A DNA stretch of 64,000 nucleotides from an uncultured Synergistaceae bacterium (GTDB lineage: Bacteria; Synergistota; Synergistia; Synergistales; 79-D21), in NCBI GenBank assembly GCA_964521575.1, contig CAZFSR010000001.1, positions 368,470 through 432,469 on the forward strand. The letters run 5' to 3'. Position numbers and translations under genes: made by a program. Below are positions 25,871-33,844 of the stretch, one piece after another (positions within the stretch are counted from its first letter, which is position 1; each line of letters begins with the position of its first letter). Under the pieces are notes generated by a model. The model saw nothing but the letters and a program-made list of their open reading frames with translations, made no database searches and was not told the origin of the DNA.

Positions 25871-26542
25871 ATGGAAGAATTCACGGACAACCTGAAGTCC
25901 TTGCGGGAAAAGGTGTACCAATACCTCAGGAAAGGCCTGAACGAAGGGCGCCTCAGGCAAGGCGCCTTCCTCAACCTGAACGCCATCAGCGCGGAGCTGG
26001 GCATGAGCCGCACGCCCCTTAGGGACGCCCTTTTCCAGCTCGAGGCCGAAGGGTACGTGACGATCTTCCCGAGGCGCGGAGTCATGGTCAACCGGCTCGA
26101 CCTGGAGAAGATCCGCAATATCTACGAGATCAGCGGGGCCCTGGAAAGCACGGTGATTGCCCATTCCGGGCGCAAGCTCACCGATGCGGACCTCGCTGCG
26201 ATGGAAGAACTGAACGAGCAAATGCGGGTGGCAGTTGAAACACAGGACATCGACGGCTACTACGAAAAGAACACGGCTTTCCACAACATCTATCTGAACC
26301 TCTCCCAGAACGGGGACCTGATCCGGACGATCCACACGATGCGCGAACGGCTCTACGATTTCCCCAGGAGCAAGGCGTTCATCAAGGATTGGGAACTTGC
26401 CGCGATCGAGGAACACGAAGAGCTCATCCGCCGGCTCAGGGCAAAGGACTTCAACGGGGCTGCGGAACACCTTCGGGACGTTCATTGGTCCTTCGAGGTC
26501 CAGGAACGGTATGCGCGGCTGTACTACTTCGGGCAGGAATGA
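25871..26542 (+). CDS. GntR-family transcriptional regulator (FadR/FCD subfamily)
   Basis: 223 aa. N-terminal winged HTH (LNAISAELGMSRTPLRDALFQLEAEGYV) and a helical FCD-like C-terminal domain. Confidence 0.85.
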   Translation: MEEFTDNLKSLREKVYQYLRKGLNEGRLRQGAFLNLNAISAELGMSRTPLRDALFQLEAEGYVTIFPRRGVMVNRLDLEKIRNIYEISGALESTVIAHSGRKLTDADLAAMEELNEQMRVAVETQDIDGYYEKNTAFHNIYLNLSQNGDLIRTIHTMRERLYDFPRSKAFIKDWELAAIEEHEELIRRLRAKDFNGAAEHLRDVHWSFEVQERYARLYYFGQE

Positions 26543-26569
26543 CGGTGCCTTCCTCCACAGGCATGGGCC

Positions 26570-26602
26570 GGCCGGGCGGGATTTTTCCCGCCCGGCCGTT
26601 TT
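26570..26602 (+). terminator. Intrinsic terminator after the GntR gene
   Basis: GGCCGGGCGGG (26570-26580), loop ATTTTT, CCCGCCCGGCC (26587-26597), GTTTT. Confidence 0.7.
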
Positions 26603-26612
26603 GTGCGCAAGA

Positions 26613-26642
26613 TTGACATTGCCAGACTCTTCCAGCTAATAT
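26613..26642 (+). promoter_or_regulatory. Strong sigma70-like promoter of the DUF3798-like/M24 operon
   Basis: TTGACA (26613-26618), 18-nt spacer, TAATAT (26637-26642), followed by an AT-rich 5-prime UTR and a GAGGGGGG RBS. Confidence 0.55.
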
Positions 26643-26685
26643 ATCAGAGATATTTTTATCATATTTTTAGAGGGGGGTTTGAAGC

Positions 26686-27879
26686 ATGCGGAAGTCTTGG
26701 ATTGTCCTGCTGGCAGGGTTGGCGCTGTTCGCCCTGATGGCGGGGACGGCGATGGCGGAAGCGCCGTTCCATATCGGCGTCGTGACCCTGACCGTTTCAC
26801 AGGCGGAAGACACTTACCGCGGTGCCGAACGGCTGACCAAGGAATACGGGGACGTGGCCAAGGGCGGGTACATCAAGCACATCACGCTTCCCGACAGCTT
26901 CATGTCGGAGATGGAAACGAGCATCAGCCAGATCGCCGGTCTCGCCGACGACCCGAAAATGAAGGTCATCGTCGTGGACGACGCGGTTCCGGGAACGACC
27001 GAGGGGTTCCGGCGGGTCAAGGAAAAGCGCCCCGACATTCTCTGCTTCGCCGGTGAACCGCAGGAAGACCCGAACGTCATCACCTCGGTGGCCGACCTCG
27101 CCATCGGAGTGGACAACGTGCTCCGCGGCTACCTCATCATCAACACCGCGAAGAAGATGGGCGCGGACACTTTCGTCCACATCTCCTTCCCCCGCCACAT
27201 GAGCTACGAGCTTCTTTCAAGGCGGCGCAACATCATGGAGCAGGCCTGCAAGGACCTGGGCATGAAATTCGCCTTCGAGACCGCTCCCGACCCCACCAGC
27301 GACGTCGGCGTGGCGGGTGCCCAGCAGTACATCCTTGAAAAGGTTCCGGCCTGGGTCCAGAAATACGGCAAGAAAGCGGCCTTCTTCTGCACGAACGACG
27401 CGCAGACGGAACCCCTTCTCCGGCAAGTCGCGAAATACGGCGCTTTCTTCGTGGAGCCCGACCTCCCCTCCCCGCTGATGGGTTATCCCGGAGCCTTCGG
27501 GATCGATCTTTCCAAGGAGAAGGGCAACTGGCCGGCCATCCTGAAGAAGGTCGAGCAGGTCGTCATCAAGGCCGGCGGCAAGGGCCGCATGGGCACCTGG
27601 GCCTATTCCTACGGCTACGCCACCACCGCGACGCTGGGCGAGTACGGCAAGCGCATCGTCGAGAAGAAGGCAAAGCTCGGGAACATGAAGGACCTGATGG
27701 TTGCCTACGAGAAATACACCCCGGGTGCCAAGTGGAACGGCAGCAATTACGTCGACATGGGTACCGGCGTCAAGAAGAAGAACTTCATCCTCGTCTACCA
27801 GGACACCTACGTGTTCGGTAAGGGGTACATGGGCGCCACCAGCGTCAAGGTTCCCGAGAAATACCTGAAAATCAAGTAG
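26686..27879 (+). CDS. Secreted periplasmic-binding-protein-like protein (DUF3798-like)
   Basis: 397 aa. Signal peptide MRKSWIVLLAGLALFALMAGTAMAEA. The body resembles DUF3798/type I PBP-fold lipoproteins; the family call is from memory. Confidence 0.7.
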   Translation: MRKSWIVLLAGLALFALMAGTAMAEAPFHIGVVTLTVSQAEDTYRGAERLTKEYGDVAKGGYIKHITLPDSFMSEMETSISQIAGLADDPKMKVIVVDDAVPGTTEGFRRVKEKRPDILCFAGEPQEDPNVITSVADLAIGVDNVLRGYLIINTAKKMGADTFVHISFPRHMSYELLSRRRNIMEQACKDLGMKFAFETAPDPTSDVGVAGAQQYILEKVPAWVQKYGKKAAFFCTNDAQTEPLLRQVAKYGAFFVEPDLPSPLMGYPGAFGIDLSKEKGNWPAILKKVEQVVIKAGGKGRMGTWAYSYGYATTATLGEYGKRIVEKKAKLGNMKDLMVAYEKYTPGAKWNGSNYVDMGTGVKKKNFILVYQDTYVFGKGYMGATSVKVPEKYLKIK

Positions 27880-27982
27880 GAACGGTTGGACGGGAAAGGA
27901 AATGGAAGGGACCGGGGGATTTGCTTTCCCCCGGTTTTTTTCGGGAGCCTGTCTCCCGCGCAAGAAGAAGGAGGAATCACCC

Positions 27983-29080
27983 TTGCTGAAGGATCACCTG
28001 CAAAACCTCACGGAGCGCCTCCGGAAGGGGAATCTCGACGCGATTCTCCTGGGTCCGTCGCCTGACCTGGAATACCTCGCCGGGCTTAGCCTCTTTGCCG
28101 ACGAGCGTTTCAAGGGGCTCGTCGTCCTGGCCGACGGTCGGATGTTCTCCATCGTGCCGAAGCTCTACCGGGAGCAGATGGAGTCCGTACTCGGACCGGA
28201 ATGTCCCGCCTGCGTCTGGGACGACGCAGAGGGTTTCCTGGAGAAGGTGACGGCCGCATGGAAGGGTTTTGGCCTTGCCGGCAAAACCGTGGCCGTGAAC
28301 GACGGAATTCGTGCCGTGGACTTGATCGACCTGGAGCGGGGCGTTCCCGGGACGAGTTTCGTCAACGGGCACCACGTGGTGGAAGCCATGCGGCTGATCA
28401 AGTCACCGGGGGAGATGGATATCTTGCGAAAGGCGGCCCGCATCGCCGACGAGGCTTTCGGGGAGCTGGTGGCGTTCATCCGCCCTGGGGTCCGCGAAGG
28501 CGAAGTGGCCAAGCGCCTCGAGGAGCTGCTTTTCGAGAAGGGGGCAGACGGCCTGTCCTTCCCCACGATCGTCGCTTCCGGCCCGAACGGCTCCAACCCC
28601 CACTACATGGGAACGAGCCGCGTGCTCTGCGAGGGCGACCCCGTGGTCATCGACTTCGGGTGCACTTACCGGGGCTATTGCTCCGACACGACCCGCACCG
28701 TTTTCGTCGGGAAGGCTTCCGAGGAGGACCGGGAGATCTACCGGATCGTCCTGGAGGCGAACCTTGCCGGGGAGGCGGCCGTGCGGGAAGGGGCGACCGC
28801 CCAGGACGTGGACAGGGCGGCGAGGGCGGTCATCGAGAAAGCGGGGTACGGTGAGTATTTCATCAACCGGACCGGGCACGGGATCGGAGTGGCGGTTCAC
28901 GAAGCCCCCTACATCATGGAGGGGAACCGGCAGGAACTGAAAGAAGGGATGGCCTTCAGCGTGGAGCCCGGCATCTACATCCCGGGGCGCCTGGGCATCC
29001 GGATCGAGGACATCGTCCTGGTGACGGACAAGGGAGGGGAACCCCTGAGCGCTTTTACCAAGGACCTCACGATCGTCTAA
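27983..29080 (+). CDS. M24-family Xaa-Pro dipeptidase/aminopeptidase
   Basis: 365 aa from TTG 27983, 6 nt after AAGGAGGA. Pita-bread metal ligand regions DFGCTYRGYCSDTTRT, GHGIGVAVHE and VEPGIY...IRIEDIV. Confidence 0.85.
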   Translation: MLKDHLQNLTERLRKGNLDAILLGPSPDLEYLAGLSLFADERFKGLVVLADGRMFSIVPKLYREQMESVLGPECPACVWDDAEGFLEKVTAAWKGFGLAGKTVAVNDGIRAVDLIDLERGVPGTSFVNGHHVVEAMRLIKSPGEMDILRKAARIADEAFGELVAFIRPGVREGEVAKRLEELLFEKGADGLSFPTIVASGPNGSNPHYMGTSRVLCEGDPVVIDFGCTYRGYCSDTTRTVFVGKASEEDREIYRIVLEANLAGEAAVREGATAQDVDRAARAVIEKAGYGEYFINRTGHGIGVAVHEAPYIMEGNRQELKEGMAFSVEPGIYIPGRLGIRIEDIVLVTDKGGEPLSAFTKDLTIV

Positions 29081-29104
29081 ACCCTTAGGGAACAGGAAAG
29101 ATCA

Positions 29105-29138
29105 GCCGGGGGCGCGAGCAGCGCCCCCGGCTTTTTTT
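29105..29138 (+). terminator. Intrinsic terminator after the M24 peptidase gene
   Basis: GCCGGGGGCGC (29105-29115), loop GAGCA, GCGCCCCCGGC (29121-29131), T7. Confidence 0.8.
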
Positions 29139-30082
29139 CAGGCCTTCGGCACGAACAGGTCCGAAGCCCCGTGCGGGGAGAGGCGGACGTCCGGTTCGTT
29201 CGTCGCGACATGGTGAATGACCCATTCGGCCCACTTGACCTTCTTTTCCATCAGCCGGACGTGTTCCTCCTCCGAGTTGAAGGGGTTGTAGAACCCGGCG
29301 GCGGGGGCCGGCTCGAACTTGAAGTAGCAGGGGCCGTAGATCTTCGCCACCTCCGGAGCGTCGTAGAGGCGGTTGGCGCCGCCGTAGGAATCGAAGGTCC
29401 AGATGTAAAAGTCGATGGGGATGTCGACGACCTTCCGGATTGCGGCCATCTGGGGCAGGGTCAGGTCCGAGACGGGGTTGAAGGAACTGGCCCCGAGGTC
29501 CTGGGCGAGCTTGGCCCCGGCTGCGGAGGAAACGCCGGCCCAGACCGAGAGCTTGATGGCGATGTCCTTCGGGAAGTTTCCCTGCTCCTGCATGGTCTTC
29601 ACGAGGGAAAGGACGCCCCGGTCCACGAGCATGAAGCCCCGGAAACCGATCTCGTACATGCGGAACATGTCGGCGATCACCTTGCGGATTTCGTCGGATC
29701 CCCGGTGGTTCAAGCCGCCGCAGCGCTGTCCGTCCGCGGTCACGAACTGCCTCCCGATGTCCCAGGCATTCCGGGGCCCCGGGATGGCAATGACCTCCAT
29801 CTTGTCCTCGGCGGCCATCTGGGCGAAGTCCTTCAGTTCCGCGTCATCGTAAAGGGTGCCGCCCTGGCAGAAGGACACGAGGCGATGGATGGGGATATTC
29901 CTCCTGCGGCGTTCGGCGATGAGGGCTTCAAGCACCTTAGGTCCTTCGACACCGGACATCTCGATGCGGTAGTGCCCTCCATCGGGGAAGCTTTTTCCGC
30001 TTGCGGGCCGATCATAGAGATCGCGACCGGGGATTCCCGCCTGTTCCATGAATTGGGAAACCTTCTCCAGGCTGACTGGCAT
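29138..30082 (-). CDS. Conserved-looking hypothetical protein, function unknown
   Basis: 314 aa with non-repetitive composition and an RBS AAGGAGGGAAAGA before the ATG. No motif I can assign. The alternating pattern could be a TIM-barrel-like fold, but that is speculation. Confidence 0.6.
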   Translation of the reverse strand: MPVSLEKVSQFMEQAGIPGRDLYDRPASGKSFPDGGHYRIEMSGVEGPKVLEALIAERRRRNIPIHRLVSFCQGGTLYDDAELKDFAQMAAEDKMEVIAIPGPRNAWDIGRQFVTADGQRCGGLNHRGSDEIRKVIADMFRMYEIGFRGFMLVDRGVLSLVKTMQEQGNFPKDIAIKLSVWAGVSSAAGAKLAQDLGASSFNPVSDLTLPQMAAIRKVVDIPIDFYIWTFDSYGGANRLYDAPEVAKIYGPCYFKFEPAPAAGFYNPFNSEEEHVRLMEKKVKWAEWVIHHVATNEPDVRLSPHGASDLFVPKA

Positions 30083-30177
30083 GTCTTTCCCTCCTTGTCC
30101 CGGTAGCCAAAAGAGCGAGTTGAAAAGGCATGAAAATTAGTAGCATGGGCTTCCCGGGGTGTCAATCGCGCGAAGGC

Positions 30178-30207
30178 TTGACAGGGCCGGAAGGTCCGTG
30201 GTAAATT
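30178..30207 (+). promoter_or_regulatory. Candidate promoter of the trp leader
   Basis: TTGACA (30178-30183), 18-nt spacer, TAAATT (30202-30207). The predicted start site falls at or just before ATG 30215. A divergent TTGACA (30165-30160) with TACTAA could serve the gene at 29138..30082. Confidence 0.45.
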
Positions 30208-30214
30208 CCTCGCC

Positions 30215-30283
30215 ATGATGAATCGATATAGCGACAACATGACCGCAACGAACGTGAAGGCACTTTGGTGGTGGGGGTCCTAG
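30215..30283 (+). CDS. Trp-codon leader peptide MMNRYSDNMTATNVKALWWWGS (or 14 aa from ATG 30239)
   Basis: Three consecutive TGG codons at 30266-30274 and stop TAG at 30281-30283. A terminator follows 30 nt downstream. Not in the ORF track because it is under 60 aa. Confidence 0.75.
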   Translation: MMNRYSDNMTATNVKALWWWGS

Positions 30284-30312
30284 GCCCCCGCCCACCTTGG
30301 CATGTGCTGAGA

Positions 30313-30349
30313 GGGCCGCGGGGAAATCAATACCCGCGGCCCCTTTTTT
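30313..30349 (+). terminator. Intrinsic terminator 1 (attenuator) upstream of trpB
   Basis: GGGCCGCGGG (30313-30322), 10-nt loop, CCCGCGGCCC (30333-30342), C, T6 (30344-30349). Confidence 0.8.
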
Positions 30350-30361
30350 ACCCGGAAACCG

Positions 30362-30392
30362 GCGGGGGCCCGAAGGGCCTCCCGCTATTTTT
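30362..30392 (+). terminator. Second terminator-like hairpin upstream of trpB
   Basis: GCGGGGGCCC GAA GGGCCTCCCGC (one mismatch) followed by TATTTTT. Lies 35 nt before the trpB ATG. Confidence 0.5.
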
Positions 30393-30426
30393 GTTCCCAA
30401 AACCCATTTTCGAGGAGGAAGATGAG

Positions 30427-31683
30427 ATGAGGCAGACGAGCGCAACACAGGCGAGCACGAGAGGGTTTTACGGCGAATACGGGGGAAGGTTCGTGCCGGA
30501 GGCGATCGGAACCCTGCTGGACGAACTCGAGGCGGCTTTTGACGCGGCCATGGCCGACGGGGCCTTTGTCGCGGAGATGGACCGCCTGCTGGGGGAATAC
30601 GTGGGACGCCCCTCCCCCATCACGGAGTGCGCCAACCTGTCCAGGGAGCTGGGGGGAGGCCGTCTCTTCCTGAAGAGGGAAGACCTGAACCATACCGGGG
30701 CGCACAAGATCAACAACGCCCTGGGGCAGGCTCTCCTGGCGAAGCGCATGGGCAAGACCCGGCTGATCGCCGAAACGGGGGCGGGGATGCACGGAACCGC
30801 CAGTGCCACCGCGGCGGCCCTGATGGGGATGGAATGCACGGTCTACATGGGAGCCGTGGACGTGGCGAGACAGGCGCCGAACGTTTCCCGCATGAAGGCC
30901 CTGGGGGCCAGGGTCGTTGCGGTGCATGAAGGACAGGCGACCCTCAAGGAGGCCGTCGACGCGGCCCTGGCCGCCTGGATCGAGGATACCGGGGCCTTCT
31001 ACCTTCTGGGTTCCGTCGTCGGGCCATCGCCCTACCCGGAGATCGTCAGGACTTTTCAGTCGGTCATCGGCCGGGAGGCCCGGCAGCAGTTCCTTGAAAG
31101 GGAAGGCCGCTTGCCCGAGGAAGTGGCGGCCTGCGTGGGAGGTGGTAGCAACGCCATGGGCCTCTTTTCGGGTTTCCTGGATGACCCGTCGGTTTTGATC
31201 ACCGGCGTCGAACCCGGCGGGAAAGGGGTCGAGAAGGGACTGGGAGCCCATGCCGCCACGTTATGCGCGGGAACGAGGGGCATCGTTCACGGCTTCCGTA
31301 CGGTGGTCCTCTCTGATGCTTCGGGGGACCCGGCGCCTGTCCACTCGGTCGCGGCCGGGCTGGATTATCCCGGAGTGGGCCCCGAACACGCCCACCTGAG
31401 GGACACGGGGCGCGCCCGTTACGTGGCGGTGACCGATGACGAGGCCCTCGATGCCTTTGGAAGGATGTGCCGTCTTGAAGGGATTATCCCGGCCCTGGAG
31501 AGTTCCCATGCACTGGCCTACGCGATGAAGCGCCTTCCGGGGATGGCCCGTGACCAAGCTATCCTGGTCAACCTGTCCGGGCGCGGCGACAAGGACCTCG
31601 ACACGGTGTTTTCCGAGAAGGAGAAAAAAGCCGCCGCCGGGAGCCTCAAGGGAATCCAGTCGAGGGGGTTGTTTTACGTCTAG
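30427..31683 (+). CDS. trpB: Tryptophan synthase beta chain (orphan; no trpA in window)
   Basis: 418 aa from the ATG 7 nt after GAGGAGGAAG. FYGEYGGRFVPE, the HTGAHKINN PLP-lysine motif and GGGSNAMG. The track start at 30265 would read through the attenuator. Confidence 0.9.
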   Translation: MRQTSATQASTRGFYGEYGGRFVPEAIGTLLDELEAAFDAAMADGAFVAEMDRLLGEYVGRPSPITECANLSRELGGGRLFLKREDLNHTGAHKINNALGQALLAKRMGKTRLIAETGAGMHGTASATAAALMGMECTVYMGAVDVARQAPNVSRMKALGARVVAVHEGQATLKEAVDAALAAWIEDTGAFYLLGSVVGPSPYPEIVRTFQSVIGREARQQFLEREGRLPEEVAACVGGGSNAMGLFSGFLDDPSVLITGVEPGGKGVEKGLGAHAATLCAGTRGIVHGFRTVVLSDASGDPAPVHSVAAGLDYPGVGPEHAHLRDTGRARYVAVTDDEALDAFGRMCRLEGIIPALESSHALAYAMKRLPGMARDQAILVNLSGRGDKDLDTVFSEKEKKAAAGSLKGIQSRGLFYV

Positions 31684-32459
31684 GAGCGGATTTCCCTGGA
31701 TTTCCGGGCGATAAGGGCCGCCCCGACGGCTCCGGCATACGGGGCATCCGGGGAGGTGACCACGGGGCGTCCAAGGCGCTTCTCCAGGAGCCGGACTAGG
31801 TTGCGGCTCCTGGAGACCCCTCCCGTGAAGGCGACGGGCCCGGATCCTCCCAGCTTTTGAAGCATCGCGCAGGCACGGCCCGCGATGGAATCGAGAAGTC
31901 CCAGTGCCAGCGAGTGCTTGTCTACCCCTCGGGCCAGGAGACTGACCACCTCGGATTCTGCGAAGACCGTGCACATGCTGGAAATGGGCTGAGGGGGCAA
32001 ATCTTCCGGCAGCCGGCTGAAATCGTCCAGTTCCATTTCCAGCAAGGCAGCCATGACCTGGAGGAACCGTCCCGTTCCTGCGGCGCATTTGTCGTTCATC
32101 AAAAAATCGTTGACGGTCCCTCCCCTACCGAGGGAGATGGCCTTGCTGTCCTGCCCTCCGATGTCCAGGACGGTTTCCGACCCGGGGTACAGGAAAGCGG
32201 AACCGGCTGCATGACAGGTGATTTCGGTCACCGGCGTGCCGATCCCCTTGAGGCTTTTCCGCCCGTATCCCGTGAGCACGATCCCGGCTGCTTCCGATGG
32301 GTCTATCCTGTTACGGGCCAGTATTTCCCTGAGGGCTTGTTCGCCCGTTTCCCGAGGGTTCCAGCCCGAGGGCACCATGAGCCGGTCCACGACGGATTCG
32401 TCGAAGAGGACGATCTTGATGCCCATGGAGCCCAGGTCGACGCCGACGCTCAGGCTCAC
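31680..32459 (-). CDS. HgdC/BcrAD-type ATP-dependent activase (CoA-substrate-specific enzyme activase)
   Basis: 259 aa from GTG 32459 (GTGA overlap with the DUF3343 stop). ASKHA motifs VGVDLGSMGIKIV, DIGGQDSKAI and NDKCAAGTGRFL (cluster-bridging Cys). The 94 P/R-rich residues upstream in the track ORF are rejected. Confidence 0.85.
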   Translation of the reverse strand: MSLSVGVDLGSMGIKIVLFDESVVDRLMVPSGWNPRETGEQALREILARNRIDPSEAAGIVLTGYGRKSLKGIGTPVTEITCHAAGSAFLYPGSETVLDIGGQDSKAISLGRGGTVNDFLMNDKCAAGTGRFLQVMAALLEMELDDFSRLPEDLPPQPISSMCTVFAESEVVSLLARGVDKHSLALGLLDSIAGRACAMLQKLGGSGPVAFTGGVSRSRNLVRLLEKRLGRPVVTSPDAPYAGAVGAALIARKSREIRS

Positions 32460-32677
32460 GGCTGCTGCACCACCAGTTCGACGGGGATGGCAAGACTTGC
32501 TGCAGCCTCCCTGACGACTTCGGACTGTACGGCGTCGAAGCGCAGGGCGATTCCGCAACTGTCCGCCAGGTGGCGAGGGGTGGGGCAGATTTCGTCCCGC
32601 AGCCCCAGGACTCTCAGGTGCCGGTGAAGGATCATCCCGTCGGTCGCAGTCTTGAAGAGAGCGTACGCAAAGGTCAA
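32456..32677 (-). CDS. DUF3343-like small protein (putative Se/S carrier-like fold)
   Basis: 73 aa with a TTG start overlapping the upstream stop. Pattern ...ILHRHLRVLGLRDEICPTPRHLADSCGIALRF matches my memory of DUF3343 (xPxPRxxSSxCGxxxxF). Confidence 0.65.
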   Translation of the reverse strand: MTFAYALFKTATDGMILHRHLRVLGLRDEICPTPRHLADSCGIALRFDAVQSEVVREAAASLAIPVELVVQQP

Positions 32678-33222
32678 GTCCGTTTTCCTTTCGCAAGCCT
32701 TTCCCGGGTTTCTTCCCAGCAGGCGGTTTCGGGGTCCCCATTGTCCGCGTCGGTCATGGCGAGGTCAAGGCCCCGGGCGGAAAGTCCCTGGCGAAGGACC
32801 TCGATGAAAACGCCAGGTCCCTCCCCTCGCCGGGCCTCCTGGCTGCCGCGGGCGGTTCCGCCGCGACAGCCGAGGCAGGTCTCGCGGACACCGCAACTGG
32901 GACTTCCCTTGACGCCGACGATTCCCAGGATCTCGACGCCGTTTTCAAGCGCATCCTCGACCTGGTCGATAAACGGTTCGAGGATGGAGGCACAGTGCCG
33001 CCGGAAAGCCGGTGTGTCGTACTGCTCTGAAGTCATGCCCCACCGTTTCAGGCCCAGGAACGTACTTTCCGGGCATGGAAGCTGAATGATCCCGAGTCCG
33101 TCCCGGGCTATGGGAAGGAGCAGGTTTTCCAGGGCTCCCGTATAGGCGGCTTCGCCTTCCACGATCGCGCTGGCGTTCAGGATGCAGTGACAGAGAACGA
33201 CTATCCGGCGGCTGCGCTTCAT
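32674..33222 (-). CDS. Cys-rich protein, TudS(DUF523)-related putative desulfidase (CD3072-like; from memory)
   Basis: 182 aa with RBS AGGAGG. Conserved-looking Cys positions: VVLCHCILN, QLPCPE, GSPSCGVRETCLGC. Confidence 0.55.
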   Translation of the reverse strand: MKRSRRIVVLCHCILNASAIVEGEAAYTGALENLLLPIARDGLGIIQLPCPESTFLGLKRWGMTSEQYDTPAFRRHCASILEPFIDQVEDALENGVEILGIVGVKGSPSCGVRETCLGCRGGTARGSQEARRGEGPGVFIEVLRQGLSARGLDLAMTDADNGDPETACWEETRERLAKGKRT

Positions 33223-33232
33223 GGATGTCCTC

Positions 33233-33811
33233 CTATTGACCGGTTGTTCCCTTTAGAAACGGGTTGCCGCCCTTCGCCAGTGTCTGCGGAGGGAGCTTGG
33301 GCAGGATCAGCGCCACGAGGACCGAACAGGCGACCTTGTCCACCAGGTTCCCGGTGATGCGGGGGATGAAAGCGGAGGTGAAGATCGAGTTGCCGCTCTT
33401 CAAGAGCCAGAGGAAAAGCAGGTCCGTGCCGCCCCCCGTGAGGCCGCCGTAAATCCAGACGGCGATGGGCGTGCCGATCAAAGGGGCGATGACGGCCAGG
33501 GCCAGGCCCGTGGCAATGGCGACCGGGAGGGTAAAGCGGAACTTTCGGGCGACAAGGCCGGCAACCAGCCCGATCGCCATGTTGACCAGGGCGAAGGGGA
33601 TGTCCCGCGGGTTGGTCAGGATTCCCTGGACGACGTTCGTGACGAGGCCGATGAGGACGCCGTGGAAAGGCCCGAGCAGGACCGCGCCGAAAATCGTCCC
33701 GAGGGTGTCCAGGAAGATAAGGGGGATGTGAAGCATCTGGACGAATGTCCCGAGGGCCAGGTTGACAACCACGCAGATGGCGCTGAAGGTCAGCGCAAAG
33801 TTCTTGTTCAT
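33233..33811 (-). CDS. ECF-transporter S-component-like membrane protein (CD3073-like; from memory)
   Basis: 192 aa with about 6 TM helices and an RBS AAGGAG. No EcfA/EcfT genes in the window. Confidence 0.65.
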   Translation of the reverse strand: MNKNFALTFSAICVVVNLALGTFVQMLHIPLIFLDTLGTIFGAVLLGPFHGVLIGLVTNVVQGILTNPRDIPFALVNMAIGLVAGLVARKFRFTLPVAIATGLALAVIAPLIGTPIAVWIYGGLTGGGTDLLFLWLLKSGNSIFTSAFIPRITGNLVDKVACSVLVALILPKLPPQTLAKGGNPFLKGTTGQ

Positions 33812-33844
33812 CTGTTTTCTCCTTTTTCTTCTCTCCGGCCTGCT

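Noticed and set aside
31680-32741. 353-aa version of the activase, and the 59698 start of the M20 gene
   Set aside because: The N-terminal extensions are P/R-rich and overlap the DUF3343 gene or the conserved non-coding leader. The conserved ATP-binding N-terminus (VGVDLGS) and good RBS/start contexts support 32459 and 59878.
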